Of a stretch of 64,000 bases of DNA, positions 13,981-27,999 are shown piece by piece. Under the pieces are notes generated by a model, which saw only the letters and a list, made by a program, of their open reading frames with translations, ran no database searches and had not been told where the DNA came from. The stretch's first letter is position 1. Each line of letters begins with the position of its first letter. Made by a program: the position numbers and the translations under genes. Source of the DNA: Octopus vulgaris (lineage: Eukaryota); contig OX597833.1 in NCBI GenBank assembly GCA_951406725.2, positions 51,708,001-51,772,000 of the forward strand, written 5' to 3'.

Positions 13981-14530
13981 AAGGCGGCTAGCTGGCAGAA
14001 ACGTTAGCAAACCGGGCGAAATGCTTAGCGGTATTTCGTATGCCGTTACGTTCTGAGTTCAAATTCTGCCGACGTCGACTTTGCCTTTCATCCTTTCGGG
14101 GTCGATTAAATATGTACCAGTTACGCACTGGGGTTGATATAATCGACTTAATCCGTTTGTCTGTCCTTGTTTGTCCCTTCTGCGTTTAGCCCATTGTGGG
14201 TAGTAAAGAATTAGGTATTTCGTCTGCGGTTACGTCCTGAGTTCAAATTTTGCCGAGGTTGACTTTGCCATTCATCCTTTTGGGGTCGATAAATTAAGTA
14301 CCAGTTGCGCACTGGGGTCGATGTAATCGACTTGATCTGTTTGTTTGTCCTTGTTTGTCTCCTCTGTGTTTAGCTCCTTGTGGTATTTCGTCTGAGTTCC
14401 AATTCCACCAAGGTCGACCTTGCCTTTCATCCTTTCGAGGTCGATAAAATAAGTAACAGTTAAGCATTGGGTCGATGTAATCGATTTAATTCATCGCCCG
14501 AAATTGCACGCCTTATGCTAAAATTTTAAA
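13981..14530 (+). mobile_element. SINE family A trimer
   Basis: Head at 13981 then two head-less units starting GGTATTTCGTCTG. Confidence 0.9.
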
Positions 14531-14617
14531 CTAATTTGTACGTGTGTAGATTGTACAACATGACCATGTTTGAGCATACATGTGTTCGCGCGCGTCCCTC
14601 TACAATGAGTATATATG

Positions 14618-14850
14618 TCTTTCTTTACTACCCACAAGGGGCTAAACACAGAGAGGACAAACAATAACAGACAAACAGATTAAGTCGATTATATCGACCC
14701 CAGTACGTAACAGGTACTTATTTAATCGACCCCGAAAGGATGAAAGGCAAAGTCGACCTCGGCGGAATTTGAACTCAGAACGTAGCGGCAGACGAAATAC
14801 CGATAAGCATTTCGCCCGGCGCGCTAACGTGTCTGCCAGCTCGCCGCCTT
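14618..14850 (-). mobile_element. SINE family A, full length
   Basis: Reverse complement of consensus, ends ...CCAGCTCGCCGCCTT. Confidence 0.9.
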
Positions 14851-15051
14851 AAATGAGTAAATATGTGTTTGTGTGTTTATGTGTGTGGGTTGTATATATG
14901 TGAGGCTGAATGTATAAGAAGGAGTTTAGAAATAGTATATGTGTATTTGCACGTGCATATAGAACCGTAGAGCTGTGTATCGAAATATGCGTGTATAGCG
15001 TGTATATATGTGTCGGAATGTGAACGCGTGCGTGCGTCTGTGCATACATGT

Positions 15052-15112
<61 letters not shown>

Positions 15113-15931
15113 TATGCATGATTTTTGTATATATGTGTATGTTGTCTTTCAATGTCATGTGTGTTTTGATTGGATTCTGTGTATATTTATTCGTCGTGTG
15201 TGTCTGTGTTAATCATGTGTGTGTGTGTATCTATGTATCTGTGTGTGTGTGTGTACCTATGTATCTGTGTGTGTGTGTGTGTGTGTGTGAGTGTCTGTGT
15301 GTGTGTATGTGTGTGTGTGTGTGTGTGGTGCCTATGTTTTGAGGTGAGAGTGGTTCTCTGAGAGAAGGGACGAAGATCACGGTGACGTACGTGTAAGATG
15401 TGAAAAATGGCAGTTTTTGAAACGCAAACTTTGGAATGTCGAGTGGGAAACTGTAAAAGTGGGTGACAGAAGGGGAGAAGTGAAAGAGGAGTAGTTGGAG
15501 GAAGTCTATAAAGAGACGACGGCGAAGAGGTCGAGGAAGAGGTGGACGGAGTTAAAACGAGGAATGGAGTAGGCGCACTAGGAAGAAACGAAACGAAAAA
15601 CGCAATGGTGAAAGCGGAAGTAGAATGGAAAAGTTAGAGAGAATAAGAAAATGCGTGTGTGTGTATGTGTGTTCGCTGTATGTGTGTACGTTTTTGCGTG
15701 TGTACGTTGGTGTGTGTGAATGCGTGTGTGTGTGTAGATATGTTGTTTGTTGTGTGTACATTATGTGTGTTTGTGCCTGCGACGTGCGTGTGTTGTGTTT
15801 TGCATGTTGTGTACACGAGGGTGTGTTGTGTATGCCGTTTCTTTGTGTGTCCGTGTGTAATGAGTTTGTGTGCGTATGAAGTGTTTATATGATATGTATG
15901 TGTGCGAGGGTGAGTGTGTTTGTGTGTGTGT

Positions 15932-15970
<39 letters not shown>

Positions 15971-16655
15971 TGCTGTGTTTGTATATTGTGTAAGTACGTT
16001 TTGTTTGTGTATGTGTGTGTGTGCATTTGCATGTTGTGTGTTTCTGTATGTATGCTTGTTTTTTTATTTCATCTAGTTTCAGCTTACGAGCTGCGGCCAA
16101 GCTGGGGCAGGCATTTCTTACATACTATTATTCTATGTCGTTTTCTTCTGCTCTTCCGTATGCTGTTAGGTCCGTCCTCCAGCGAATGTATGTATGTATG
16201 CTGCCTTTGGATATCGTGTGTGTATTTTATTTGCATTTTGTGTATATCTGTTTGTTGTGTATAAGTGAGCTTATCGTATGTGTGTATGTGTATGTGTTTG
16301 CGCGCGAACATGCGTGTTTGCACACGCGTATTTACGTATGTGTTACTGTATCTTGTGTTTCTCTGGTATGTCAGAAGTGTTTACATACTGTGTGTTTGAG
16401 CATGTTTTTGCTTGTCGCATGTGTGTGTGTGTTTGTGTATGTGTGTGTTTGTATATGCTATACTTGTGTGTCACATGTATACTTGCAGTGTGTATGTTGT
16501 ATGCGTACGCATTTTGTGCGCTTGTGCGTTTTGTGATTGTAGAATGACGCGCGTATTTCTGTTCTGTGTGTGTATATATTTTCTTTATATGTTGTGTATA
16601 TGTGTTTTTTGCGTGTTTATGTTGTGTAAGTACATGTGTTTATATGTTGTGTATA

Positions 16656-16797
16656 CTCTTTTACTCTTTTACTTGCTTCAGTCATTTGACTGTGGCCATG
16701 CTGGAGCACCGCCTTTAGTCGAGTAAATCGTCCCCAGGACTTATTCTTTGTAAGCCTAGTACTTATTCTATCAGTCTCTGTGGCCGAACCGCTATGT
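16656..16797 (-). mobile_element. SINE family B 3' fragment
   Basis: Reverse complement of tail. Confidence 0.85.
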
Positions 16798-16980
16798 TAG
16801 TGTTTGCATCTGTGTATCTCTGTATTCACCGTTGATATGTTGCACAATAAGAGTACGCCTTCGTCTGTCAAGAGGTGAAAATTCAGTGTCAACTCCACAC
16901 CACTCCGTTCATTTCTCTTACTCTACACCAACGTAAGATTTCCCTTTCCTATTTAATAACCTAGGATTGTTGAATTTGAG

Positions 16981-17111
16981 CCATGCTCCAGCATGGCCAC
17001 AGTCAAATTACTGAAACAAGTGAAAGGGTTCAGTACTGTTTCTATTTTGCGGATTTTCACCCATCGCGCGGGGTATGGAACGCAATATTCGCCATAGTTG
17101 AGGGGTAACTG
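16981..17111 (+). mobile_element. SINE B tail fused to 3' half of Tigger/pogo-like MITE
   Basis: ...GAAACAAGTGAAAGGGTT|CAGTACTGTTTCTA...GAGGGGTAACTG-TA; homologous to 47100-47234. Confidence 0.7.
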
Positions 17112-17123
17112 TACGTACAAACA

Positions 17124-17157
<34 letters not shown>

Positions 17158-17162
17158 AATAC

Positions 17163-17205
<43 letters not shown>

Positions 17206-17342
17206 TATATATGTATGTACGTATGTATGTATGTATGTATGTATGTATATATGTATGTATGTATGTTTGTATGTATGTATGTATGTATGTATGTATGTAT
17301 GTATGTATGTATGTATGTATGTATATATATATATATATATAT

Positions 17343-17553
17343 ATAGTTAATCCAAACATGAAAACACAAAGAGAAAACGCAACAACGCGAGGGCGTGGAA
17401 CAAATATAGTATTATTGGACGCTCAGGAAGGAAGGGAAAAGGAGGGTTTTACGTTTCGAGCGGAGCTCTTCGTCAGAAACATAGGAAAAGGAAAGATCCA
17501 GAGAAGGGAAGACGGAGGAAAAAAAATCGCCAACGGTACACACGCGGTCACAC
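17343..17553 (-). mobile_element. Short PLE-like terminal-repeat element (family X) embedded in (TA)n
   Basis: Homologous to 39520-39733 and 52612-52778; carries hammerhead. Confidence 0.75.
17446..17480 (-). ncRNA. Minimal type-I hammerhead ribozyme, intact core
   Basis: GUUU-CUGACGA-A-GAGC(UCC)GCUC-GAAA-CG-UA-AAAC: stem I GUUU/AAAC, palindromic stem III ACGU, GUA triplet. Confidence 0.8.
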
Positions 17554-17565
17554 ATATATATATAT

Positions 17566-17995
17566 ATATGAGGGAGAGTCAAAAGTTATGCGCATTCTTG
17601 TTTTTTTCAATGTATTTACACGAAAGCAAGGGATAAAGAAGACATCATTTTTCTATATAGTCTCCTTCCTTTTCGATGCACTTGGTCAAACGGTCCAGAA
17701 GCTTGCGTATTCCAACCAAGAAGAAGGTTTTCAGTAAGTCGTGCTACCGTTTATGCACCGCTTCCATGTTCCAGAACCTCAAAACCCAATTGGTTAATGG
17801 TTTCAACTGTCTGGGCGACCGTGTGTAGGGGGCGTTCAGTGTCATGCAACAACAAATCTTTCTTCGACAATAGGCTTCGGCGTTTGGTGCGAATTGCTAG
17901 CTTCAGTTTGTTGGCCAGCAAAACAGTATATCTTGCATTGTTGATTGTATAACCCTTCCGACCAAAGAAATCGGATCATTGCTCTTTGTTCTTCT
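17566..17995 (-). mobile_element. Internally deleted mariner element
   Basis: Minus-strand peptides EEQRAMIRFLWSEG (N-term) and FFLVGIRKLLDRLTKCIEKEGDYIEK* (mariner C-term); TIR-like TA-TGAGGGAGAGTCAAAAGTT at left end. Confidence 0.75.
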
Positions 17996-18018
17996 TTGTG
18001 TGTGTATGTACACACACG

Positions 18019-18078
<60 letters not shown>

Positions 18079-18392
18079 AGCATATACAAAAACATAATCA
18101 TAATGACTTTTGCAGACATCTAAATTGTGCATATAATATTGAGTTATGGTGGTACAGAATCGAACTCAGAACAGTCCATTTTAATGCTCGTCACATTAGT
18201 GACGTTATCAGATGTTTTAACCATTGTGATCTTCGTTGTTTCTCCTTCTCAATATTGTAAATCGTGGCGAGAAACTACACTCAGAAGTGACATCAATTTT
18301 GATAATTCGAAACTAAAATTTGAAGCTGGCTTTGTTTTATAATTTCGGGATGTTACTTCCTGCACTATAATGATATTTTCGTACACGCAGTT

Positions 18393-18835
<443 letters not shown>

Positions 18836-19609
18836 TCATGTTCATCCTCACACAATTTCAAAATTTCATTCACACACAAACACACACGCACACACACATA
18901 ACTGACTCACAAATACACTCGTATTCACATATTTTCACATTCACACTCATACACATTCATTCACATTTACACATACACACATGCACACTCATTCAAACAC
19001 ACACACACATTTTTGATCACAGTTACACTCTTACACACTCCCACGTGCTCACATACACGTGCATTCACCCTCGCAACACACACGCACACACACACACACA
19101 CACACACGTACACATGGACACACACACATGGACGCACACACACGCTACGTTCCCACATTCACATATATATGAACTATATTCATATCCGGGTACTTTTAAA
19201 TTTTGCGTAAATTTATATTCTTAGATAAACATATTTTCTAATTTAGTTGCATGTGGTGAGAGAGAGAGAAAGAGAGAGAGATAGTAGTGGGACAGGGTGA
19301 TAGTTTGAAGGAGAGGGGGATATACGGAGAAGAAAAAGAGTGAATGAAAAAGAATGACAGTGGAGACGAGAGAGAGAGAGATGACGAGAGAGGGGGTTGA
19401 TAGATTAATAAGGAAAATGTGTTAAAGAAAAAAAGGAAGAAAGAATGAGGAGAAGAAAAAATGTGGGAAAGAAAGACAGCCGTAAAGAAGAACAGAAATA
19501 GAGAATGAAAGAAAGAAAGAAAATGGGAATATGTAAAAAAGAAAGAAAAAAAGAAAGCCAACAAGGAAGAGAGAGAAAAGAAAGTTGAATGAAATAAAAC
19601 GAGACGGAA

Positions 19610-20240
<631 letters not shown>

Positions 20241-20397
20241 AAATATAAAATATGAAATAAAATAAAATAAGATAAATAAATCAATGGTGATGATGATAGT
20301 GGTGGTGGTGTTGTTGGTGGTGGTGTTGGTGTTGGTGTTGGTGGTGGTGGTGTTGGTGGTGGTGGTGGTTGTGGTGGTAGATGATGATGATGATGAC

Positions 20398-20476
<79 letters not shown>

Positions 20477-20697
20477 ATGATGATGTTGATGATGAGAAAT
20501 TTGAAAGATAAACAGAAGGAAGCTGGGAAGACACTCACAAATAAATTCAAGAGAAATAAAAAATAAGATGAAATAAAGTTATGGGAATTGATTACGAAAG
20601 AGTGAAAGTTTAGACAGAGAGAGAAGGAGAGAGAAAGAGAGTATGTGTTTCTGTATATGTGAGAGAGAGAGAGAGATAGAGTATATGTGCCCATCTG

Positions 20698-20736
<39 letters not shown>

Positions 20737-21079
20737 AGACGGAGAGAGGGAAAAGAGACAGTCAAGCAGACGAAGGTAAGGTCTGATGTAGGTGTGGTTA
20801 AAATATTAATCTATCTTTTTCTTTTCTCTGTCTGTCTCTCTACCTCTCTTTCTCCCTTCTCTCCTCCCCCCCCTCTCCCTCTCTCATTCTCTCTCTCTCC
20901 TTCTTCAACGGTTTCAGCCGAAATCTGTTAGTATATCTGACCCTGACAGAAGTAATGTTTACAATTTATCAAATATGATGACCCTATGACACCGTCTGTT
21001 GACATTACTTCATAATTGGTAATTAGCCTAGAAAACACACATATATATGTGCATTATTATTGTTGTAGTTGTAGTTCTG

Positions 21080-21154
<75 letters not shown>

Positions 21155-21244
21155 AGTAACATATATATGTGTATATATCCACACACATTTACATATATAC
21201 ATACATACACACACATATATATATTTATTTATTTGTGAGTGTGT

Positions 21245-21300
<56 letters not shown>

Positions 21301-21412
21301 GAATCTGGTGAGTCACAGCGTCGCTACTCAGAGTGTGTCTGTCGGTATGTACCATCCTTAAGGCGACATATATATGTTTCAACGTCCGAACGTTCGTGCG
21401 CGCGCGCATGTG

Positions 21413-21446
<34 letters not shown>

Positions 21447-21469
21447 TACACGCATACTCACAACGAGAC

Positions 21470-21519
<50 letters not shown>

Positions 21520-21605
21520 TTTATATTTATATATATGTATGTATTTATATATAACATATTTATATTTATATATGTAAGTATGTATATATATATATTTATA
21601 CATAT

Positions 21606-21653
<48 letters not shown>

Positions 21654-21777
21654 ATGTACACATGTATATATGCATGAATGTACATCCAAAGGCAAACGTG
21701 TGTGAGTGTGTGTGTGTGTGTGTTTGTCTGTGAGTATGTGCGTTTATGTAAACATATATACATACGTAATCAGTAAT

Positions 21778-21853
<76 letters not shown>

Positions 21854-22623
21854 TAAGAGCAGCAATAATAAGGTATTTATTGGGTCAGAAAACCTAGACA
21901 GAAGGGTTATAAAACAGATGCAATAAAAGAGTGTTATGGAGACAAATACATTATGAAAAACAGATTAACATCTAATCAGGTTTAATTAAAGAGAAAGTTA
22001 CCACCCACCGAGGGGTGAGAAATTATTACTTAATAAAGACCGAGAAGTACCCCGAATTGGATCAACGTCCACTTTGTGTTCCTTTTCGCCCTCGTTTGTC
22101 TGCGATCTGTGGCGGGGGTATAATTAATTTTGCTTCGTGCACCTGAAACCTGGCTCTTGTGAATTTTGGTAGAAGGTTAATCGGATCCTGGTTTTTGGGT
22201 AAACCGCAATATCGTGGGGGTATATTTGTGATATATCGTTAAATGTATATCTATTTAGAGTTCTCCTGACCAGATGTTGTTCACCATACACGATTAGAGG
22301 AGGGTTAAAATCAGCTGTATTTCTGATCTTGATCTTCGTATGTGTGCCGTACTTATTTTACGGCAGCGACTTGCGGGCAATTGTGTACCACACGAACGCT
22401 CATGCACTTCTTTGATCGATGGAGGGATGCACATCAAATCGCATCCATCAGCCAAGGCCCCTCTAGCTTCTCTTTCGGGGTTGTATGAAAATGCTCACTG
22501 GTCTTCGTAAAATATATGCAAATAGCTTTTATTCTTCCCTTTTTAATATGTATTCTCAGCCAAGGAAACACTCTCTTACAAACGTATTTCATTCATATTT
22601 TTCCTTCTGAAATCCAATGCCCC

Positions 22624-22688
<65 letters not shown>

Positions 22689-23862
22689 ACACACACATGT
22701 ATATCCTGTTATAAATTTGAGTAATTTGAGTGAAGTTTCTCTGTCCGTTACGTTTTATGTTCGTTAACTTCTCCTAGGCCGTTGGTGCAAGGACATTGAA
22801 ACTCAAACCAGCAACTCCCCTAATCACAGGGAACGACCTATGGGGGTACTATTTCTTTAAGGGCCGCCTAATTGGGACTCCACTGAGCCCCTTCCCCCAT
22901 TTCTACTGCATGTTAAACTAAATACATGGCATTGGCGACCAAATCGAGGCAATGACAATGAAATTTCAAAACATGAACTCCCTGATAGAAACTGGAGCTG
23001 GTGAAGTCGTGGACATTCTCCAACAACTACTTCTGTCTCTTTCCGGGGGTATGGCAAGGAGCCGAGTCTTGCTGCAACAAATATGATCTTCCAGCAGCCA
23101 CCCTCTACAACTAGAGATTGAACACACTTTCCAGCAGCTTCAAATTGTTGTCTGAATTAAGCCCAAGGCCCTGTTCATAGATGTGGGTATGAATTTCGAC
23201 GAGCGGACACAGTCAGAACACCAGTTGTGTCCCTTCCTGCAGACCACGGGTTCGTAGTCTCCATTGCAGCGCTCTATGTACGTTGTAGCTGCCTATGTCC
23301 CCTCTTATAGCCTTCGCAGTGTCTACAGAGCATTTAGCCGCAGTCATGAGGCCGACATATTAATTCACCGTGACAATTATCATTGTACAAGTAAATCTTT
23401 TCTAATATTCAGATTCCTTCCAGTTCTACACATCAGCTAAAGTTTTTCTCGATTACAATTTCAATCTTTATATTCTACAAAGATGTTGGATGTTCGCCGA
23501 TACATCAAGCAGTTCCGGAAAAGAGGAAACCATTAAAAAATCGTTATATTTGGCCCAAATATCCCATAAATATAAAATTAAAAAATATGGAAATTAAATC
23601 TTAAATCAATGAGCTCCTAAAACGACAGCCTCGACGTCGACATTATTAGAAGCAATGATGATTCATTGCGTAAAAGAAATGGTTCGACTCTAAACCAAAG
23701 TGATTTTAAGAACTACATAAAGACTGAGACACAAATATATTCGGCTCCAACAGCAACAGAGCTAGAAGTGTGTAGAATGAAGGAATCACCAAAAACGAGA
23801 CTGTTCAAATGAATGAATACAGAATATGTGCAATCATGGATTGCCATTCATGGAGAACCCAC

Positions 23863-24136
<274 letters not shown>

Positions 24137-24166
24137 ACACACCCCACCACACACACACACGTATAT

Positions 24167-24330
24167 GGGCGTGGTTGTGATGTAAGAAACTTACTTCCTA
24201 ACCACGTGGTTCGAGGTTGAGTCCCACTGCGTGTCACTTTGAATAAGTGTCTCGAGTGTCTTCCATTACAGCCCCGGGCCGAACAAAGCGTTGTAAGTGG
24301 ATTTAGTAGACGGAAACTGAAAGAAGCTCG

Positions 24331-24333
<3 letters not shown>
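24167..24333 (+). mobile_element. SINE family B 5' half
   Basis: Head to GACGGAAACTGAAAGAAGC. Confidence 0.8.
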
Positions 24334-24368
<35 letters not shown>

Positions 24369-24592
24369 GTTTAAATATTTGTTGTGCAAGATTTTTTATC
24401 GTTTTGGGATTTGGTTTGCAAGATTCTTTATATGAGTTCGTGTGTTGAAGCATATTCTGTTGTGTCTTGGGAGAGTCATTTTCTTTTTGTGCCATATAAT
24501 TTAACACACTCACCGGTAAAATTTCCACTTATTTCTTATTCTTATTTTCCTAAAATTTTAGTTGCGTTTTGCAACCTTTTCAATAGTCTTGA
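24369..24592 (-). mobile_element. PLE-like element family U3A8 (variant hammerhead 24550-24586, G12 mutated)
   Basis: Homologous to 1611, 24887, 25605 copies. Confidence 0.7.
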
Positions 24593-24746
24593 CTCTTTGA
24601 GATATTTCTCCTGATTTTTAACAATTTGACTTCATATCTCTTTGATGTCGACTTTATTTTTCATGCCTTCCATCTGGAAGCATGAAAAGGAGCGTATCAG
24701 TCAAATAACCGACGTTGACTCTCAAGACTATCGACAGTCAATACTA

Positions 24747-24886
24747 TAAGGTTGTCCCAAAAGTTCGTAGAAAGTCTTGGAAAATAATGGTCTTTATTTT
24801 GAGGAATAATTTTTGTTGTTTTTGTCAGTACTTGGCGAGTAAAAATCAATTTTCGCAAGTGTTTATGAACTTTTGGGACAACCTAA
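24747..24886. mobile_element. 140-bp mariner-type MITE with TA target-site duplication
   Basis: TA-TAAGGTTGTCCCAAAAGTTC ... GAACTTTTGGGACAACCTAA-TA; TIR resembles the mariner TTAGGTTGG.GCAAAAGT type. Confidence 0.85.
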
Positions 24887-25016
24887 TATTGAAAAGGTTA
24901 CAAGACGCAACGGAAATTTTAGGAAAATAAAAATAAGAAATAAGTGGAAATTTTACTGGTGAGTGTGTTAAATTATAAGGCACAAAAAGAAATTGACTCT
25001 CCCCAGACACAACAGA

Positions 25017-25017
<1 letters not shown>
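24887..25017 (+). mobile_element. PLE-like element family U3A8, inverted relative to 24369-24592
   Basis: UA-UUGAAAA-G-GUUAC-AAGAC-GCAAC-GGAA-AU-UU-UAG; MITE inserted into its stem-I TA. Confidence 0.7.
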
Positions 25018-25104
<87 letters not shown>

Positions 25105-25179
25105 ACACTACTGATGAAAAATAACTAAAAGCAATACTGCCGACAGCACACAAATTTAATAGTGTATATGTTACGAGAA

Positions 25180-25590
25180 TAGGATTAGAAGACACATGGA
25201 GGCAAATACGAAGTGAGGAAAATTAATTAAGATCAAAAATATCATGCTAGATGAAGAAACCAAGACCAGAAAATTAGACCAGACACACAAATACTTAGGA
25301 ATGAATAAACTGAGCGGAGTACAACACACGCGAATGTAAAAAGATATTATAGAAGCATTAGATTAATACTTAAAACAGAGCTAATTGTAAAACAATGACG
25401 TAATATGGAAACATATTCTAAATGCCCCAGTAACAAGCTACTGTTATGAATTTTTCGACGATGCGCTAAAAGAAATTCCAAGACTAGACGGGGGAAAGAT
25501 GGACTACATTTAGAATACTCTAACAAAAACCTAACAAAGATGGATTATATTTACAATGTCTAGAAGGCCACACGGATGTTATACAATTAG
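25180..25590 (+). mobile_element. R4/Dong-type LINE reverse-transcriptase C-terminal remnant
   Basis: Fragments THKYLGMN...HTRM, YYRSIRLILKTEL, PVTSY, LYLQCLEG..VIQL match YKYLG / R.R.ILK.ELN / RLYLPR.EGGRGL motifs; many stops and frameshifts. Confidence 0.7.
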
Positions 25591-25604
25591 GACTCTATAA
25601 CATA

Positions 25605-25802
25605 GTTTCGTTTTTGGATTTGGTTTGCAAGATTCTTTATATGAGTTCGTGTGTTGAAGTATATTCTGTTGTGTCTGGGGAGAGTCATTTTCTTTTTGTG
25701 TCTTATAATGTAACACACTCATCGGTAAAATTTCCACTTTTTTCTAATTTTTATTTTCCTAAAATTTTCGTTGCGTCTTGCAACTTTACAATAGTCTTGA
25801 CT
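25605..25802 (-). mobile_element. PLE-like element family U3A8 (variant hammerhead 25759-25794)
   Basis: CUA-UUGUAAA-GUUGC-AAGAC-GCAAC-GAAA-AU-UU-UAG. Confidence 0.7.
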
Positions 25803-26407
25803 TCTATAACATAGTTATTATCCCAAAATTGACCTTCTAGGTTACAGCCCGTAAGATAGATGCAAGATAGTTCCATTTAAATAGCATATATTAGGGATGA
25901 TACTGTCTGCCTACAACACAGCTTTTACAATTACCATCCAGTAATACTTTCACAACTCACAGAGCACATACTTGTACACAAATGCTACAAAACAATATAA
26001 GGCAGCACATATAGCCTTATACCCCCAATGAATCCCAACTAAACAGATATCACACAACATGCACTACATACTCTGCCCAATGATCGTCCACTAAAAAATA
26101 TTAAGTCTTTCAAAATTAGAGACTTGACACTATAACACCAACTGTAAGACATAACTCGCATGCCACATACTGAACACAGTGAGCTGCCAACTGAACCATA
26201 AAACACGCAAGAACATAGGATATAGGAAATATAAACACCAATCACCAAAACAGCACAACTGACTTTATACATGCCAAAATGCAAAAGATAGGACACTAGA
26301 ATTAGTCTTTCAAATTTTGGCACAAGGCCAGGCACTTCAGCGGAAGAGAAAATCGATTACATTGATCCTAGAACTCAGATGGTACTTATTTTATCAAAGG
26401 ATCTATA

Positions 26408-26536
26408 GGCCTAGGAGTGGCTGTGTGGTAAGTAGCTTGCTCACGAACCACTATACTATAGTATCTTCTACTATAGCCTCGGGCCGACCAAAGCCTTGTG
26501 AGTGGATTTAGTAGACGGAAACTGAAAGAAGCCTGT

Positions 26537-26627
<91 letters not shown>

Positions 26628-26849
26628 GTGTGTATATGTTTGTGTGTCTGTGTTTGTTTCCCCCAATATCGCTTGACAACCGATGCTGATGTGTTTACGT
26701 CCCCGTAATTTAGCGGTTCGGCGAAGAGACCGATAGAATAAGTACTAGGCTTACAAATAATAAATCCTGGGGTCGATTTGCTCGACTAAAGGCGGTGCTC
26801 CAGCATGGTCACGGTCAAATGACTGAAACAAGTAAAAGAGTAAAAGAGG
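26408..26849 (+). mobile_element. SINE family B nested inside a minus-strand SINE A copy (26300-26900)
   Basis: SINE A domain split: ...TTTTATCAAAGGA at 26390-26401 resumes AGGATGAGAGGCAAAG at ~26847. Confidence 0.8.
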
Positions 26850-27052
26850 ATGAGAGGCAAAGCTGACTTCAATGGAATTTGAATCTGGAACGTAAAACTA
26901 GAAGACAAAACAGCACAACTCACTTTGTTCATACGAAATGCGAAAGGGAGGACACAAAAATTGCTCTCTCAAATTTTGGCATAAGGCTAGACATTTTAAT
27001 GGAGGGGTATATCGATTGCATCGTGTCCAGTACTTAATTGGTACTTATTTTA

Positions 27053-27285
27053 AGGCGGCGAGCTGGCAGAAACGTTAGCACGCCGGGCGAAATGCTTAGC
27101 GGTATTTCGTCTGCGTTACGTTGTGAGTTCAAATTCCGCCGAGGTCGACTTTGCCTTTCATCCTTTCGGGGTCGATAAATTAAGTACCAATTGCGCACTG
27201 GGGTCGATGTAATCGACTTAATACCTATGTCTGTCCTTGTTTGTCCCCTCTGTGTTTGGCCCCTTGTGGGTAATAAAGAAATAGG
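27053..27285 (+). mobile_element. SINE family A, near-consensus, nested in an older minus-strand SINE A
   Basis: Flanked by repeated GGTACTTATTTTA (27040 and 27283). Confidence 0.9.
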
Positions 27286-27561
27286 TACTTATTTTATCGA
27301 TCCTGAAAGGAAGAAACGCAAAGTCAACATTGGTGGAATAAGAATTCACAACGTAAGGATGCGGAAGAAATTCTGTTAAGCAATCTTCACTGATGTTCTA
27401 ACGATTCTTCCAGTTCGTAACCTTACAGAACATCGAAATTACAATAAAATAAACCCCAACAACAATGCTAAATAAATGTACTTAACGAACAAAATTTCAT
27501 AACGTACAAAACGTAATGCAGAACTTTGAGCAGAAACTTATCCAAAACAAATGATGAAAAT

Positions 27562-27688
<127 letters not shown>

Positions 27689-27999
27689 CCATGATGTTGA
27701 TAATGTGGGATGGAATTAGTAGAGTAAATATTCTTCTGTATTTGATTAATACCTCATTTTTTTTCTTTTCTTTTTGTATAGTGATCATGGAAAGCTGAAA
27801 GAAGTTCACTTCATTGTCCAAGATATGGTAGATAGTAACCAAAAAACAAGTGTTTCTTTCTTCCTTTTTTTTTATCCCCTTTCTCCCAACTCTCCCAAAC
27901 AACATTATCAACATTATCATACCCATTTTTGTTACAATGAAAAAGTAAGACAGTGAGCAGGCTGGGCAAAAGACATTTCGGAATTTAGTCCATCTTTTT

